Below are positions 39,581-50,126 of a stretch of DNA of 64,000 nt, piece by piece; position 1 is the first letter of the stretch; the number at the start of each line of letters is the position of its first letter. The notes under the pieces were generated by a model that was not told where the DNA came from, did not search any database, and saw only the letters and a program-made list of their open reading frames with translations. Origin of the DNA: Escherichia phage HY03. The translations under genes were made by a program, and so were the position numbers. Where the stretch lies: the sequence record NC_031047.1; one strand, written 5' to 3'.

Positions 39581-39988
39581 ATGAAACAGTTGATAATTAA
39601 AAGATTGAATTTATTGATATGTTGTTTATGTATAGCAATTGCATATGGTTATTACGCAATTAATGATTATATGCATTATAAAGATTATGATGTTACTGTA
39701 GTTAATACTATTACAGGAACACAAGGAAAGGGGTCTAGTTTATCGTTTATTGCTATATATGAACTCAAAGACGGTTATAGATTTAGTGAATATATTTCCC
39801 CAGAGATGTATTCTTCAATAGAAAAAGGCGATAATATTACTGTAAGTTTACGTCCTTTTGACGTAAAACAGACATTGTTTGATAATATTGTTTGGTTCTT
39901 TGGAATGGTATTAGTTCAATCTGTGTGTGGTGCTTATATAGTCTGTTCCATCATATTCTGTGTATTTAGTAAAATTGAAATTGAGTGA
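39581..39988 (+). CDS. small membrane protein
   Basis: 135 aa with N- and C-terminal hydrophobic helices. Confidence 0.6.
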   Translation: MKQLIIKRLNLLICCLCIAIAYGYYAINDYMHYKDYDVTVVNTITGTQGKGSSLSFIAIYELKDGYRFSEYISPEMYSSIEKGDNITVSLRPFDVKQTLFDNIVWFFGMVLVQSVCGAYIVCSIIFCVFSKIEIE

Positions 39989-39995
39989 GGAAAAT

Positions 39996-40883
39996 ATGTC
40001 AGTAGCAATTAATAATGTCAATGCAGTAATTAAATCTTTAGTTAATAAAAAATCAAATGAATGGACTGTACTTCAACGCGACGAGTCAGATAAATTTTTT
40101 CATAAATTTAACCCAGTACTAAATTTAAATGTTATTGATAAAGATGTTCATGCTGAAATTTTAGATAAGTTTAAAGTTGATATTGGATTTGGATTAGAAA
40201 AACATTTACAACGAACAAACGGGTCTGGAATGCTTTTATCTAATCGCATCATGAAAGCCCTTAATAAAATTGGAGCATTGTCTCGTATTAATGCGAGTGA
40301 AATCCTTCGCAATTATAATAAAGGATACGACCTTTATGGTCGACTAATGCCGAAATTATCATTTGACCAAATGATCGCAGATTTGTGGGAAAATCAACGA
40401 CGATTATTAGCATTAGGCGCTCGATTGGCTAAAGGTCTAGATAAACAAATGATTTTTAAGACCAATAATACAGAAGACCTTAAATGCTTTAAATTTAGCA
40501 CTCGTGGAGATGATTATTACGTCAGAGCTCACTCTACAGATTATGTTAATATGGGGCATCATCTCTGTTTAGCTTTTGAAATTTTAAAAGAAGCTGGAAC
40601 ATTAGAATATGTGTCTGGTGCTAAATGTCCGATTGGTTCAAATTGCATTTTAATTTATCGCCCGGATGAATCCAGTTCATCTAAATTACCTACAAAACCT
40701 GTACCAGTTCGCAGTAATGAAAAACATTCTGAACAAATTGCTTATTTTAATAAGCAGATTGAAGAGCTAAATATTTCTATTCAGCAATATGATGATGAAA
40801 TTTTCAGACTATCTGGATTGAGTAGTAAAGCTAAATCTGAACGTGAAAAATTAATTAAAATTGTTGATTTACTTAAATCTTAA
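39996..40883 (+). CDS. hypothetical protein with C-terminal coiled coil
   Basis: 295 aa from ATG. Confidence 0.6.
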   Translation: MSVAINNVNAVIKSLVNKKSNEWTVLQRDESDKFFHKFNPVLNLNVIDKDVHAEILDKFKVDIGFGLEKHLQRTNGSGMLLSNRIMKALNKIGALSRINASEILRNYNKGYDLYGRLMPKLSFDQMIADLWENQRRLLALGARLAKGLDKQMIFKTNNTEDLKCFKFSTRGDDYYVRAHSTDYVNMGHHLCLAFEILKEAGTLEYVSGAKCPIGSNCILIYRPDESSSSKLPTKPVPVRSNEKHSEQIAYFNKQIEELNISIQQYDDEIFRLSGLSSKAKSEREKLIKIVDLLKS

Positions 40884-40891
40884 GGAACACC

Positions 40892-41915
40892 ATGAAAACT
40901 CGTTCTCAAATTGAAGATATGGTTCGTAATGCCAGTTATACTCGTGATGTTATGACATTTTTGTGTGAAAATAATTTAGACCCTGATAAAGTTAATCGTG
41001 TTATTTATCACTTTAAGTATACGAATAGCAGTGAATGGTTACGTCATTTTAGTAAAGCGGGGTATATTACACAAATGACTGCTCGTGAACAGCTCACCGA
41101 TTTCTGTAAAACTATTGATTATAAAAATCCTCTATTTGTTCGAGGCGTTGGTCAAAGTAAGACTGATCTATCAACTGGATTTTTTTAATCCAAATCATTA
41201 TCGTCTTGAATGGAGATTTATTGCTTTATTCCGTAAACAATTAAAGCAAATTTTGTCTACTGCTAGTCGATTAAAAGGCTCTGATATTAACTTAAAGAAT
41301 CTGAAATTTGATGGTTATACTCTTCAGATGGAAGTAAGACCGTTAAAAGAAAATAATAGAACTGCACGAATTAGCTTTAAACCTAATACAAAAAATTCTC
41401 TTTCAATTTGCGAATGCCTTAAATCGCAGTTGACAGAAGCATTTAAGTATATGGATGTTGTTGCTGCTGTTCAATCTAAGATTTTACCTCGTTTTGAGCG
41501 AAATTGGGAACATACAACAACATATGAACTTGATATGATCGTTTCATTTAAATATGAATTTTTGAGAAAGGATGAAATTGTTCAAGAGAAAAAGCAGGAA
41601 GTGCAAGATACCTTAAATTCATCTAATTACTCATCAAACGATCCTAAATTTTGGATGTATAGCTCAAGCAATATAGATGCATGTAAACTTAATAAAGTGA
41701 GTTTTCTTCCTACTGAAAATTCAAATTTTAAACCTGTTGAAAAATGGCACGCGGATGCGATTGAGAAGTCTATCAAGGCAGTAGATGATGAACTCGTTAA
41801 AGCAACTAATGAAGTGTTAGAAGCTGAAAAGATGCTAGAAAAAGCTCAAGAAAAAGTCAAAAATCTCACGAAGCAACGTTCTAAACTGAACAATGCACTA
41901 AATGCACTAAACTAG
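40892..41915 (+). pseudogene. hypothetical gene interrupted by a frameshift at a T7 homopolymer (41180-41186)
   Basis: ORF 40892..41188 and overlapping ORF 41085..41915 are in adjacent frames; deleting one T fuses them into one reading frame of about 337 aa; downstream frame has no ATG until 41328. Confidence 0.5.
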
Positions 41916-41944
41916 TTTACTTCGCCACAAGGATGTGGTATAAT
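41915..41944 (+). promoter_or_regulatory. early promoter (GTTTAC, 18 nt, TATAAT)
   Basis: Extended -10 TGTGGTATAAT. Confidence 0.7.
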
Positions 41945-41972
41945 GTTCTTACTTTCTACTGAGGAGATTAAT

Positions 41973-42899
41973 ATGACTCGTAAACATTATATTGATTATT
42001 TTGACAGTCTTATTACTAAACACCGTAATTATCAGATCGGACGCAGAGCAGTAATCAATAATATTCTTCGTGATTTCCTTCAATATGTTGGCCAGGAAAA
42101 TCATATCTGTAAAGATACTCAAAACGCTTATTCTCATTCGTTAGGCAATTTGCTTCAATGGTTTAAACGTTCTCGTCTGTTATCTTCTACTGTAGCTAGT
42201 GATAACATTAAAAACTTTATGAAGCCGAGCTTCATTAAATCTGAGACATCTATAACCGATTTGGTTGAATTTACTATTGTTAACGATGTTAAAAAGACCC
42301 ATTTGGCTGATTGGTTATCTACCATTCCCGAAACTAAATTTGCTGATAAATTCGCTTGTCAATTCAATGACCAAGTGAATATGCTTTTTAAGCATGCTCG
42401 TAAACTATTTACCGCGGGCGATGACCGTACAAATACAGTTCATGTTAAGGATTGGGTTATTGCTGATGAAGTAACACGCAAGCCAGGTGGTTCATCAGTA
42501 TTAATTAATATCCAGGTTCCTTATTATTACTCACATAATCTCGGCACCATGACAGCTAGAGAAATTAATAAGCACAACAAAATTATTCGTTCGTTGTCTT
42601 ATAAACTCTGCACGATGGTGGAGATGATGGACGTAGTGGAAATGTATGACGAAACCGAAGATAATGGTTCAATGCTGTACAGTTCACGCATTCTAATTAA
42701 ACTGAAGAACCCTAATACATATAAGCAAGTTGTAAAAGAACCTAAAGCAGAAAAGGCTGATAATCTGAGTGAAGAACGTGAATATCTCAATGCTCGTTTG
42801 ATTGAAGTTGAAGCCCAAATTGCAGAACACACCAAATTGTTAAAAGCTCTTAATGCAAAAGCAAATGGTTTACGCAATGCTATTGAGGTATTGAAATGA
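41973..42899 (+). CDS. hypothetical protein with C-terminal coiled coil
   Basis: 308 aa from ATG with GAGGAG RBS. Confidence 0.6.
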   Translation: MTRKHYIDYFDSLITKHRNYQIGRRAVINNILRDFLQYVGQENHICKDTQNAYSHSLGNLLQWFKRSRLLSSTVASDNIKNFMKPSFIKSETSITDLVEFTIVNDVKKTHLADWLSTIPETKFADKFACQFNDQVNMLFKHARKLFTAGDDRTNTVHVKDWVIADEVTRKPGGSSVLINIQVPYYYSHNLGTMTAREINKHNKIIRSLSYKLCTMVEMMDVVEMYDETEDNGSMLYSSRILIKLKNPNTYKQVVKEPKAEKADNLSEEREYLNARLIEVEAQIAEHTKLLKALNAKANGLRNAIEVLK

Positions 42900-43210
42900 A
42901 AAAGCGTCTATTAGAAGACATTGCAGCTTCAAGTAATTCTAGTCTAATTAAAATTATTATGGCTGGTGAAGAAGACGATTTGGAAATGCGTGGAAAGATT
43001 CATGGTTGTGATGATTATAGCCCTCCTGTTAATTGGGATTCTGTAATGGTCATGGTTAAACGTCGCGAAAGGGCTTCTAAAAACGTTCCTAATTGTCCTG
43101 AATGCGGTACTGAACAGGTACAATTAGTTCATTGGCAGACTAGTAATCTTCGTTATAAATGTCGCCATTGTAAACACCGATTTGACCGAGAAGAAAATGA
43201 CCAAGCGTAA
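42896..43210 (+). CDS. zinc-ribbon protein
   Basis: 104 aa; CPECG...CRHCKH four-Cys motif. Confidence 0.55.
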   Translation: MKKRLLEDIAASSNSSLIKIIMAGEEDDLEMRGKIHGCDDYSPPVNWDSVMVMVKRRERASKNVPNCPECGTEQVQLVHWQTSNLRYKCRHCKHRFDREENDQA

Positions 43211-43439
43211 AGAATATATGGAGGCTGCTGAAAAGGCAGTCCGTGAATTAGCAATAGCTTATTATAATGAACATGGTAAATTTCCTGATAGATACAGCGT
43301 GCTTAAATCTGCTTTAACTCGTTCATATAAAAATATGCTATCAGAAGTAAGTGATATTATATACAAACATAAAGAACAAACGGGCCAAAGTCTTGATTAC
43401 GACGAGACTTTTAAACAAGTACTAGGAATTAAGGAATAA
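43182..43439 (+). CDS. hypothetical protein (start uncertain)
   Basis: 85-aa ORF; candidate ATGs at 43182, 43197, 43218. Confidence 0.5.
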   Translation: MTEKKMTKRKEYMEAAEKAVRELAIAYYNEHGKFPDRYSVLKSALTRSYKNMLSEVSDIIYKHKEQTGQSLDYDETFKQVLGIKE

Positions 43440-43440
43440 T

Positions 43441-43704
43441 ATGTTTAAAGTATATGGTTATGATAGCAACATTCATAAATGCGTGTATTGCGATAATGCA
43501 AAACGTCTTTTGACCGTGAAGAAACAGCCGTTTGAATTTATCAACATTATGCCGGAAAAAGGTGTTTTTGATGATGAGAAAATTGCTGAGCTTCTGACTA
43601 AACTAGGTCGTGATACTCAAATCGGCTTGACAATGCCTCAGGTATTTGCTCCTGATGGAAGTCATATTGGTGGATTTGACCAATTGCGGGAATACTTTAA
43701 ATGA
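43441..43704 (+). CDS. nrdC: thioredoxin/glutaredoxin NrdC
   Basis: 87 aa; active site CVYC; matches T4 NrdC. Confidence 0.9.
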   Translation: MFKVYGYDSNIHKCVYCDNAKRLLTVKKQPFEFINIMPEKGVFDDEKIAELLTKLGRDTQIGLTMPQVFAPDGSHIGGFDQLREYFK

Positions 43705-43916
43705 TGCTCGAAGGAACTGATTATATTCACGATTACCGCGGAAGCGCGGTATATGTAGGTGATGAAGTTGCAGTTTATTATGGGTATGGAACTTTGATGA
43801 CAGCAAAGGTTATTCAAATTAAAAATAATCGTGCTAAACTTGAAGTTTATTATTCTAATGGTGAAAAGTCCATTTCTAAGTGGAAATACGGCGATTGTAT
43901 GGTCAAACTGGGGTAA
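43701..43916 (+). CDS. hypothetical protein
   Basis: 71-aa ORF with ATGA overlap with nrdC. Confidence 0.5.
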   Translation: MMLEGTDYIHDYRGSAVYVGDEVAVYYGYGTLMTAKVIQIKNNRAKLEVYYSNGEKSISKWKYGDCMVKLG

Positions 43917-43917
43917 A

Positions 43918-44089
43918 TATGATTTACGATATTAATGTAGCAAGAGCTCCGTCAATGGTTACTATTCCTGCTGAAGAATTAGATCGTCTTCATAAAATTG
44001 AAGAACTTCTTTGGGAAATTGAATCTGATTTGCCATCAGGATTAGAATCCTGGATTGATTATGAAGAACTTAATAAGCTTCGGGGTTAA
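43918..44089 (+). CDS. hypothetical small protein
   Basis: 57 aa from ATG just after the upstream stop. Confidence 0.45.
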
Positions 44090-44211
44090 ACCCTGGTGGG
44101 CGGTTAGATGGGAAACTGTAGAGCCAGAGCCGGAAGAACCGGTTTACACTGATGAAGAAACAGTATATAATGAACCTACAATAAATGACTTAATTGATAT
44201 GGAGATGGGAC

Positions 44212-44658
44212 ATGATTACAGTAGATAAGTGGTTTAGAATTAATCGTGCTGATAAAGGGCTGTGTAATTACTGGCCGGAACTTAGTGCAGGTACTGTCTT
44301 TAAAGTTCGTGAACTTGCAAAAGAATGTGAAGATGACATAGAACCTGATACTGGAATTATTGAAATTGAACTTTCTGATGGAAAGATTATTAACATCTAT
44401 GATAAGCCAATTACGTATTGGTGCTTGTGGAATACTGAATCCGCAGAAAATGGCGAAATTGAAGAAGTTGTAGAACGAATTGATCAAGTTATTCGGAAGC
44501 CTGAAGCCGCTTTTCAAGGTGAACGTATTTCATATGCATTAGCTAAATTAGCTGCACAAGAAAATAATGATGGTTATGAAGGAAATTTAATGCAAGCTGC
44601 GGCAGAATATATTGAATGGCTTGAAACTCAAATTTCTTTTTCTGACCGAGCGTTTTAA
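44212..44658 (+). CDS. hypothetical protein
   Basis: 148 aa from ATG with GGAG RBS. Confidence 0.6.
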   Translation: MITVDKWFRINRADKGLCNYWPELSAGTVFKVRELAKECEDDIEPDTGIIEIELSDGKIINIYDKPITYWCLWNTESAENGEIEEVVERIDQVIRKPEAAFQGERISYALAKLAAQENNDGYEGNLMQAAAEYIEWLETQISFSDRAF

Positions 44659-44706
44659 TACTTGAAATAATAAATACCCTTATCTATTTAAGGTAAGGGT
44701 TTTATT

Positions 44707-45180
44707 ATGTTATTGACTGGCAAATTATACAAAGAAGAAAAACAAAAATTTTATAATGCACAAAACGGTAAATGCTTAATTTGCCAACGAGAACTAAATC
44801 CTGATGTTCAAGCTAATCACCTCGACCATGACCATGAATTAAATGGACCAAAAGCAGGAAAGGTGCGTGGATTGCTTTGTAATCTCTGCAATGCCGCAGA
44901 AGGTCAAATGAAGCACAAATTTAATCGTTCTGGCTTAAAGGGACAAGGTGTTGATTATCTTGAATGGTTAGAAAATTTACTTACTTATTTAAAATCCGAT
45001 TACACCCAAAATAATATTCACCCTAACTTCGTTGGAGATAAATCAAAGGAATTTTCTCGTTTAGGAAAAGAGGAAATGATGGCTGAGATGCTTCAAAGAG
45101 GATTTGAATATAATGAATCTGACACCAAAACACAATTAATAGCTTCATTTAAGAAGCAGCTTAGAAAGAGTTTAAAATGA
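44707..45180 (+). CDS. 49: endonuclease VII (Holliday junction resolvase) gp49
   Basis: 157 aa; Cys4 Zn site and HNH-like core; matches T4 gp49. Confidence 0.9.
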   Translation: MLLTGKLYKEEKQKFYNAQNGKCLICQRELNPDVQANHLDHDHELNGPKAGKVRGLLCNLCNAAEGQMKHKFNRSGLKGQGVDYLEWLENLLTYLKSDYTQNNIHPNFVGDKSKEFSRLGKEEMMAEMLQRGFEYNESDTKTQLIASFKKQLRKSLK

Positions 45181-45714
45181 CAATTGAAAAAGAAATTGAA
45201 GGATTGATTCATAAAACTAATAAAGACCTTTTAAACGAGAATGCTAATAAAGATTCTCGTGTTTTTCCAACTCAACGGGACCTTATGGCCGGTATTGTGT
45301 CTAAACACATTGCCAAAAATATGGTCCCGTCTTTTATTATGAAAGCGCATGAAAGCGGAATTATTCACGTGCATGATATTGATTATTCTCCTGCTCTTCC
45401 GTTTACCAATTGCTGTTTAGTCGATTTAAAGGGGATGCTTGAGAATGGATTTAAATTAGGCAATGCTCAAATTGAAACGCCTAAATCTATTGGCGTTGCT
45501 ACTGCAATTATGGCACAAATTACAGCACAAGTTGCTTCACACCAGTATGGCGGAACTACATTTGCGAATGTCGATAAAGTTCTTTCTCCTTATGTTAAAC
45601 GTACATACGCTAAACATGTTGAAGATGCAGAAAAATGGCAAATCGCTGATGCGTTGAATTATGCTCAATCTAAAACAGAAAAAGATGTATACGATGCATT
45701 CCAGGCGTATGAGT
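45177..45714 (+). CDS. nrdD: anaerobic ribonucleotide reductase NrdD, exon 1
   Basis: ATG overlapping gp49 stop; exon ends at U 45714 by predicted group I splice site; frame is restored at 46748. Confidence 0.7.
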
Positions 45715-46747
45715 TAATTTAATTCAGGCTCATGTAAAACCGGTCTAAACGGGGAACCTCTCTAGTAGACAATCCCGTGCTAAATGTTCTTTTGAACTAA
45801 ATGCCTAACGACTAACCGTGATGAATGTAGCGGTGTAGAATAGAAGCTAATGCTATTCGAAACGGCCGGCATCGAAAGATGAAGATATAGTCTAATCTGC
45901 ATGGCGACATGCAGCAGTCATCTTGTATAAATAAGATTATCTTATGAATACGAGGTGAAACAATGAAATGGATAAAAAGACGTTGTACTAAAATAAAAGA
46001 TAAAGACGCATTTACATACTTAGTTAAGTTTTCTAATGGCGACATTTATATCGGTTATAAAAAATTTAGAACAATTAAAAACAAGCCCACAAACTGGAAA
46101 ACTTACACAACGTCATCTAAGTATATAAATGAACGCTTAAAAACTGATACACCTACTAAATGGATAATTTTAAAAACATTTGATAGTTATAAAGATGCAT
46201 TAAAACATGAAGAAGAGGTCATACGTAAATATTTTTATAGCAAAAAATGTTTAAATAAATCCATAGGCGGTAAAAAGTTTTATAAGCATCCGGATACTGA
46301 AGAACATATTCAAAAATTAAGAGATGCTCATAAGGGTAAAGTGTTATCCGAATCTCATAAAAACAATATAAAATCTTCTGTGGCTGAATATTATGCTAAA
46401 AACAGAAGATCTAAGGAACATGTGCAAAATAATATCAATAGTCGAAAAAGTAAAAAACAAGTATCGATAAAGCTTAAAAATAAAACTTTTAGAAGTTTTA
46501 AAAAAGCAGCGGAATATTTAAATTGCACTGAAAGTGAAGTCGAAACTCATCCTCTTGTTTTGAGTATTAAGACTACTATTCATAAAGTTCCTGAATATGT
46601 GGTTGTTGACGGTATTAAGTATACGTCTTATATAGAAGCAGCTAAAGCGCTAAATTTTCATCCTAGCACTATAAAAGAACGTTGCATATCTATGGACTAT
46701 CCAAATTTTGTTGTTTCATATAAACGGGCATGAATTTGCGACTCATG
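45715..46747 (+). mobile_element. group I self-splicing intron in nrdD carrying I-TevII
   Basis: Predicted 1033-nt intron (exon 1 ends in U, intron ends in G, frame restored); same length as the T4 nrdD intron as recalled. Confidence 0.65.
45963..46733 (+). CDS. intron-encoded GIY-YIG homing endonuclease I-TevII
   Basis: 256-aa ORF inside the intron with GIY-YIG N-terminal motif and basic C-terminal DNA-binding region. Confidence 0.85.
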   Translation: MKWIKRRCTKIKDKDAFTYLVKFSNGDIYIGYKKFRTIKNKPTNWKTYTTSSKYINERLKTDTPTKWIILKTFDSYKDALKHEEEVIRKYFYSKKCLNKSIGGKKFYKHPDTEEHIQKLRDAHKGKVLSESHKNNIKSSVAEYYAKNRRSKEHVQNNINSRKSKKQVSIKLKNKTFRSFKKAAEYLNCTESEVETHPLVLSIKTTIHKVPEYVVVDGIKYTSYIEAAKALNFHPSTIKERCISMDYPNFVVSYKRA

Positions 46748-48039
46748 CTGAATATAATGATGAAGTAAATACACTTTTCAGCTCTAATGGACAGACTCCT
46801 TTTGTAACAATTACATTTGGTACGGGAACTGACTGGACTGAACGAATGATTCAGAAAGCAATTCTGAAAAATCGTATTAAAGGTCTTGGTCGTGATGGGA
46901 TAACTCCTATTTTCCCTAAGCTTGTTATGTTTGTTGAAGAAGGTGTTAATCTTTACAAAGACGATCCGAACTATGATATTAAGCAGCTTGCTCTAGAGTG
47001 CGCAAGCAAAAGAATGTATCCTGATATTATTTCAGCTAAGAACAATAAAGCTATCACTGGTTCATCTATTCCTGTTTCTCCGATGGGATGCCGTAGTTTC
47101 TTGAGTGTATGGAAAGATTCGACTGGTAATGAAATTCTTGATGGACGTAATAATCTTGGTGTTGTAACACTGAATCTTCCTCGTATCGCATTAGATTCTT
47201 ATATTGGAACACAGTTCAATGAACAGAAATTTGTTGAATTGTTCAATGAACGAATGGATTTGTGTTTTGAAGCTTTGATGTGTAGAATTAGTTCCTTAAA
47301 AGGAGTTAAAGCTACTGTTGCTCCTATTCTTTACCAAGAAGGTGCATTCGGGGTTCGTCTTAAACCTGATGACGACATAATTGAGTTATTTAAAAACGGT
47401 AGAAGTTCAGTGTCCCTAGGATACATTGGTATTCATGAATTGAATATTCTTGTCGGTCGTGATATTGGACAGGAAATTTTAACTAAAATGAATGCCCATC
47501 TTAAACAGTGGACTGAAAGAACTGGATTTGCTTTTAGTTTATATTCGACTCCTGCTGAAAACCTTTGTTATCGCTTCTGTAAACTTGATACAGAAAAATA
47601 TGGAAGCGTAAAAGATGTTACCGATAAAGGTTGGTACACTAATAGTTTCCATGTTTCAGTAGAAGAAAATATTACTCCGTTTGAAAAGATTTCTCGTGAA
47701 GCGCCATATCATTTCATTGCGACAGGTGGTCACATTTCTTATGTTGAACTTCCTGATATGAAAAATAACTTAAAAGGTCTTGAGGCCGTATGGGATTATG
47801 CTGCACAGCATTTAGATTATTTTGGTGTTAATATGCCAGTAGATAAATGTTTTACATGTGGAAGTACCCATGAAATGACTCCTACTGAAAACGGATTTGT
47901 TTGTTCTATTTGTGGAGAAACTGATCCTAAAAAGATGAACACCATAAGAAGAACATGCGGATATCTTGGAACTCCTAGCGTTGTCCCATGGAATTTAGGT
48001 AAAATGAAAGAAATGGTAAAACGAGTAAAACATGCATAG
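46748..48039 (+). CDS. nrdD: anaerobic ribonucleotide reductase NrdD, exon 2
   Basis: Continues exon 1 frame; C-terminal Cys cluster (CFTCGS...CSICG). Confidence 0.7.
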
Positions 48040-48862
48040 GTATTATATAATTTATAAAATAACAAATATAATTAATTCAAAGGAATATATCGGTGCGCAT
48101 AGCACCGATAACATAAATGACGGTTATATGGGGTCAGGAACATTGATTCGTGCCGCTTTATTAAAATATGGTAGAAAAAATTTTAATAAAGAAATTTTAC
48201 ATGTTTTTGATAATGAAAAACAAATGTATGATAAAGAAGCTGAACTCGTAACCGAAGAGTATTGTCTAAAAGAAAATACATATAATATTAAACCTGGTGG
48301 CAAAGGTGGAACTGCCTATGAACAGACGCTTGAACATCGCCGCAAAAATAGCTTAGCAAATAAAGGTAAAAAGAGAACAGCAGAAACTAAAATAGCTATT
48401 TCAAATGCTTTAAAGAAATATAAACGTACGTCAGAACATCAAGCAAACTTAAATAAAGCTGTAAGCATAGCCATGAAGCGAAAAGATGTTAGAAGTAAAT
48501 TAACTGGAGCGCGTTCTGAGAAAGATAAATTATCTATATCAAATGGTGTTAAAAAATATTACAATTCTTTGAGCGAAGAAGAACGTGAACTTCATCGCAA
48601 GCGAATTATTGAAGGTAAAAAGAATTCTCCCATGACATTGGAATCCAGACAAAAGCTTTCAAAAGCTTTAAAAGGACTTCAAGTTGGTTCAAAAAATCCA
48701 ATGTATGGAAAAATTTCTCCAACTAGCAAAACCGTTTCAGTTGACGGTATTAAATATGATTCAATTAAAAAGTGCTCAAATGCCATAAAAGTTTCTAGAC
48801 ATCTTATACTAAAACGCTGTAATTCTACTGATGAAGCTTGGAAAAATTGGATATTATTATGA
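48032..48862 (+). CDS. free-standing GIY-YIG homing endonuclease (Seg-like) between nrdD and nrdG
   Basis: N-terminal YIIYKITNIINSKEYIGAHS motif plus repeated Gly-rich DNA-binding modules; 276 aa. Confidence 0.8.
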   Translation: MHRYYIIYKITNIINSKEYIGAHSTDNINDGYMGSGTLIRAALLKYGRKNFNKEILHVFDNEKQMYDKEAELVTEEYCLKENTYNIKPGGKGGTAYEQTLEHRRKNSLANKGKKRTAETKIAISNALKKYKRTSEHQANLNKAVSIAMKRKDVRSKLTGARSEKDKLSISNGVKKYYNSLSEEERELHRKRIIEGKKNSPMTLESRQKLSKALKGLQVGSKNPMYGKISPTSKTVSVDGIKYDSIKKCSNAIKVSRHLILKRCNSTDEAWKNWILL

Positions 48863-49329
48863 ATTATGATAGATTTTATCCTTGCGATTTTGTTAATGGT
48901 CCTGGGTGCAGGACCGTTCTTTTTGTTACTGGATGTTTGCATAAATGCGAAGGGTGTTATAATAAATCAACATGGAATGCTAGAAATGGTATTCCATTCA
49001 CTGGTGAAACACTAGAGCAATTAATTGAATGTTTGAATAATGATTATATAGAAGGATTGACTATAACTGGAGGAGACCCTCTCTATCCTGATAACCGAGA
49101 TGTTATTCATTGCATTGTTCAAACAGTAAAAAATCTTTATCCAAATAAAAGCATTTGGTTGTGGACAGGATATAAGTTTGAGGATATTAAACAACTAGAA
49201 ATGCTTAAATATGTTGATGTTATTATTGATGGGAAGTATGAGAAAAATCTTCCGACTAAAAAGCTGTGGCGAGGATCAGATAATCAGCGACTTTGGTCAA
49301 ATACCGATGGGGTGTGGAAACATGATTAA
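48859..49329 (+). CDS. nrdG: anaerobic RNR activating enzyme NrdG (radical SAM)
   Basis: 156 aa from ATG; Cys cluster CDFVNGPGCR...CLHKCEGC. Confidence 0.85.
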   Translation: MNYDRFYPCDFVNGPGCRTVLFVTGCLHKCEGCYNKSTWNARNGIPFTGETLEQLIECLNNDYIEGLTITGGDPLYPDNRDVIHCIVQTVKNLYPNKSIWLWTGYKFEDIKQLEMLKYVDVIIDGKYEKNLPTKKLWRGSDNQRLWSNTDGVWKHD

Positions 49330-49444
49330 ATTGAATTATATTATGGACACTATAAATGATATGATTTTTCATTTTGGTCCAGAGTTTTATTCACAATATA
49401 GTTTAGTGCTTATCAATGCTTGGTTAATCAATTAAGGGTAAAAT

Positions 49445-49657
49445 ATGTATAAATTTCGTAAAGGTTTAGCTGATTTTCTTACAACTGTAACATTCTTTTT
49501 GTTTATGGCAGTTGGAGCTATTTTTCTTATTCCTTTTATTGCTATATTTTTCGTGATTAGTTTGATTTCTCCAGAAAAAGGACTGTCTTCTAGTGAGTTC
49601 AATGAGCGTCTGGATAAAATTACTAACAAACTGAATGCTGCTCTTAGTAAGGAATAG
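49445..49657 (+). CDS. small membrane protein
   Basis: 70 aa with a long hydrophobic helix. Confidence 0.5.
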   Translation: MYKFRKGLADFLTTVTFFLFMAVGAIFLIPFIAIFFVISLISPEKGLSSSEFNERLDKITNKLNAALSKE

Positions 49658-49659
49658 TT

Positions 49660-49968
49660 GTGAAACAGAACAAGATTGAAGTCTATGGAATTCCAGATGA
49701 AGTAGGTCGTTGTCCTGGATGTCAATCAGTTACAAAACTTCTAAAGGAGCTCAATGCTCCTTTTACTTTCTATAAAGTTCTTACAAATAATGGTAAGATT
49801 GAGTATGATCGTCCACTGATTGTATCTCTTGCTAAACGCGCTGGATTCACATCTCTTAATATTCGTTATCCAGTCATTTTCATTAATGATTCTAGACAAA
49901 AGAATATTAAACACTTCAAAGAAACTCTCATTTCACTTGGATATGATAGAGATATCATAGAAGATTAA
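49660..49968 (+). CDS. nrdH: glutaredoxin-like protein NrdH
   Basis: GTG start; CPGC redox motif; 102 aa. Confidence 0.7.
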   Translation: MKQNKIEVYGIPDEVGRCPGCQSVTKLLKELNAPFTFYKVLTNNGKIEYDRPLIVSLAKRAGFTSLNIRYPVIFINDSRQKNIKHFKETLISLGYDRDIIED

Positions 49969-49972
49969 GACG

Positions 49973-49990
49973 GGCCCTCTGGGCCTTTCT
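49973..49990 (+). terminator. stem-loop GGCCC-UCU-GGGCC with U-rich tail
   Basis: Directly after the nrdH stop. Confidence 0.55.
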
Positions 49991-50066
49991 TTCTCGCATT
50001 CTGTATATTACCATTCTAAGCTATCGTTCCTTTCTTATCATTCCCTAAAATAATTTTCACAAAGTT

Positions 50067-50096
50067 GTTTACAACGAGCTCAAACTGTGGTATTAT
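50067..50096 (+). promoter_or_regulatory. early promoter (GTTTAC, 18 nt, TATTAT) with conserved UP element
   Basis: UP region CCCTAAAATAATTTTCACAAAG matches the cassettes at 24.7 and 37.0 kb. Confidence 0.65.
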
Positions 50097-50126
50097 TAAC
50101 ACATGAATTGCCTTTGAGGAATTGAT

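Noticed and set aside
49211-49435. 74-aa ORF overlapping the 3' end of nrdG
   Set aside because: Most of it is out-of-frame overlap with nrdG. Only a 37-aa tail (49322..49435) is independent and it lacks a clear RBS, so it is not called.
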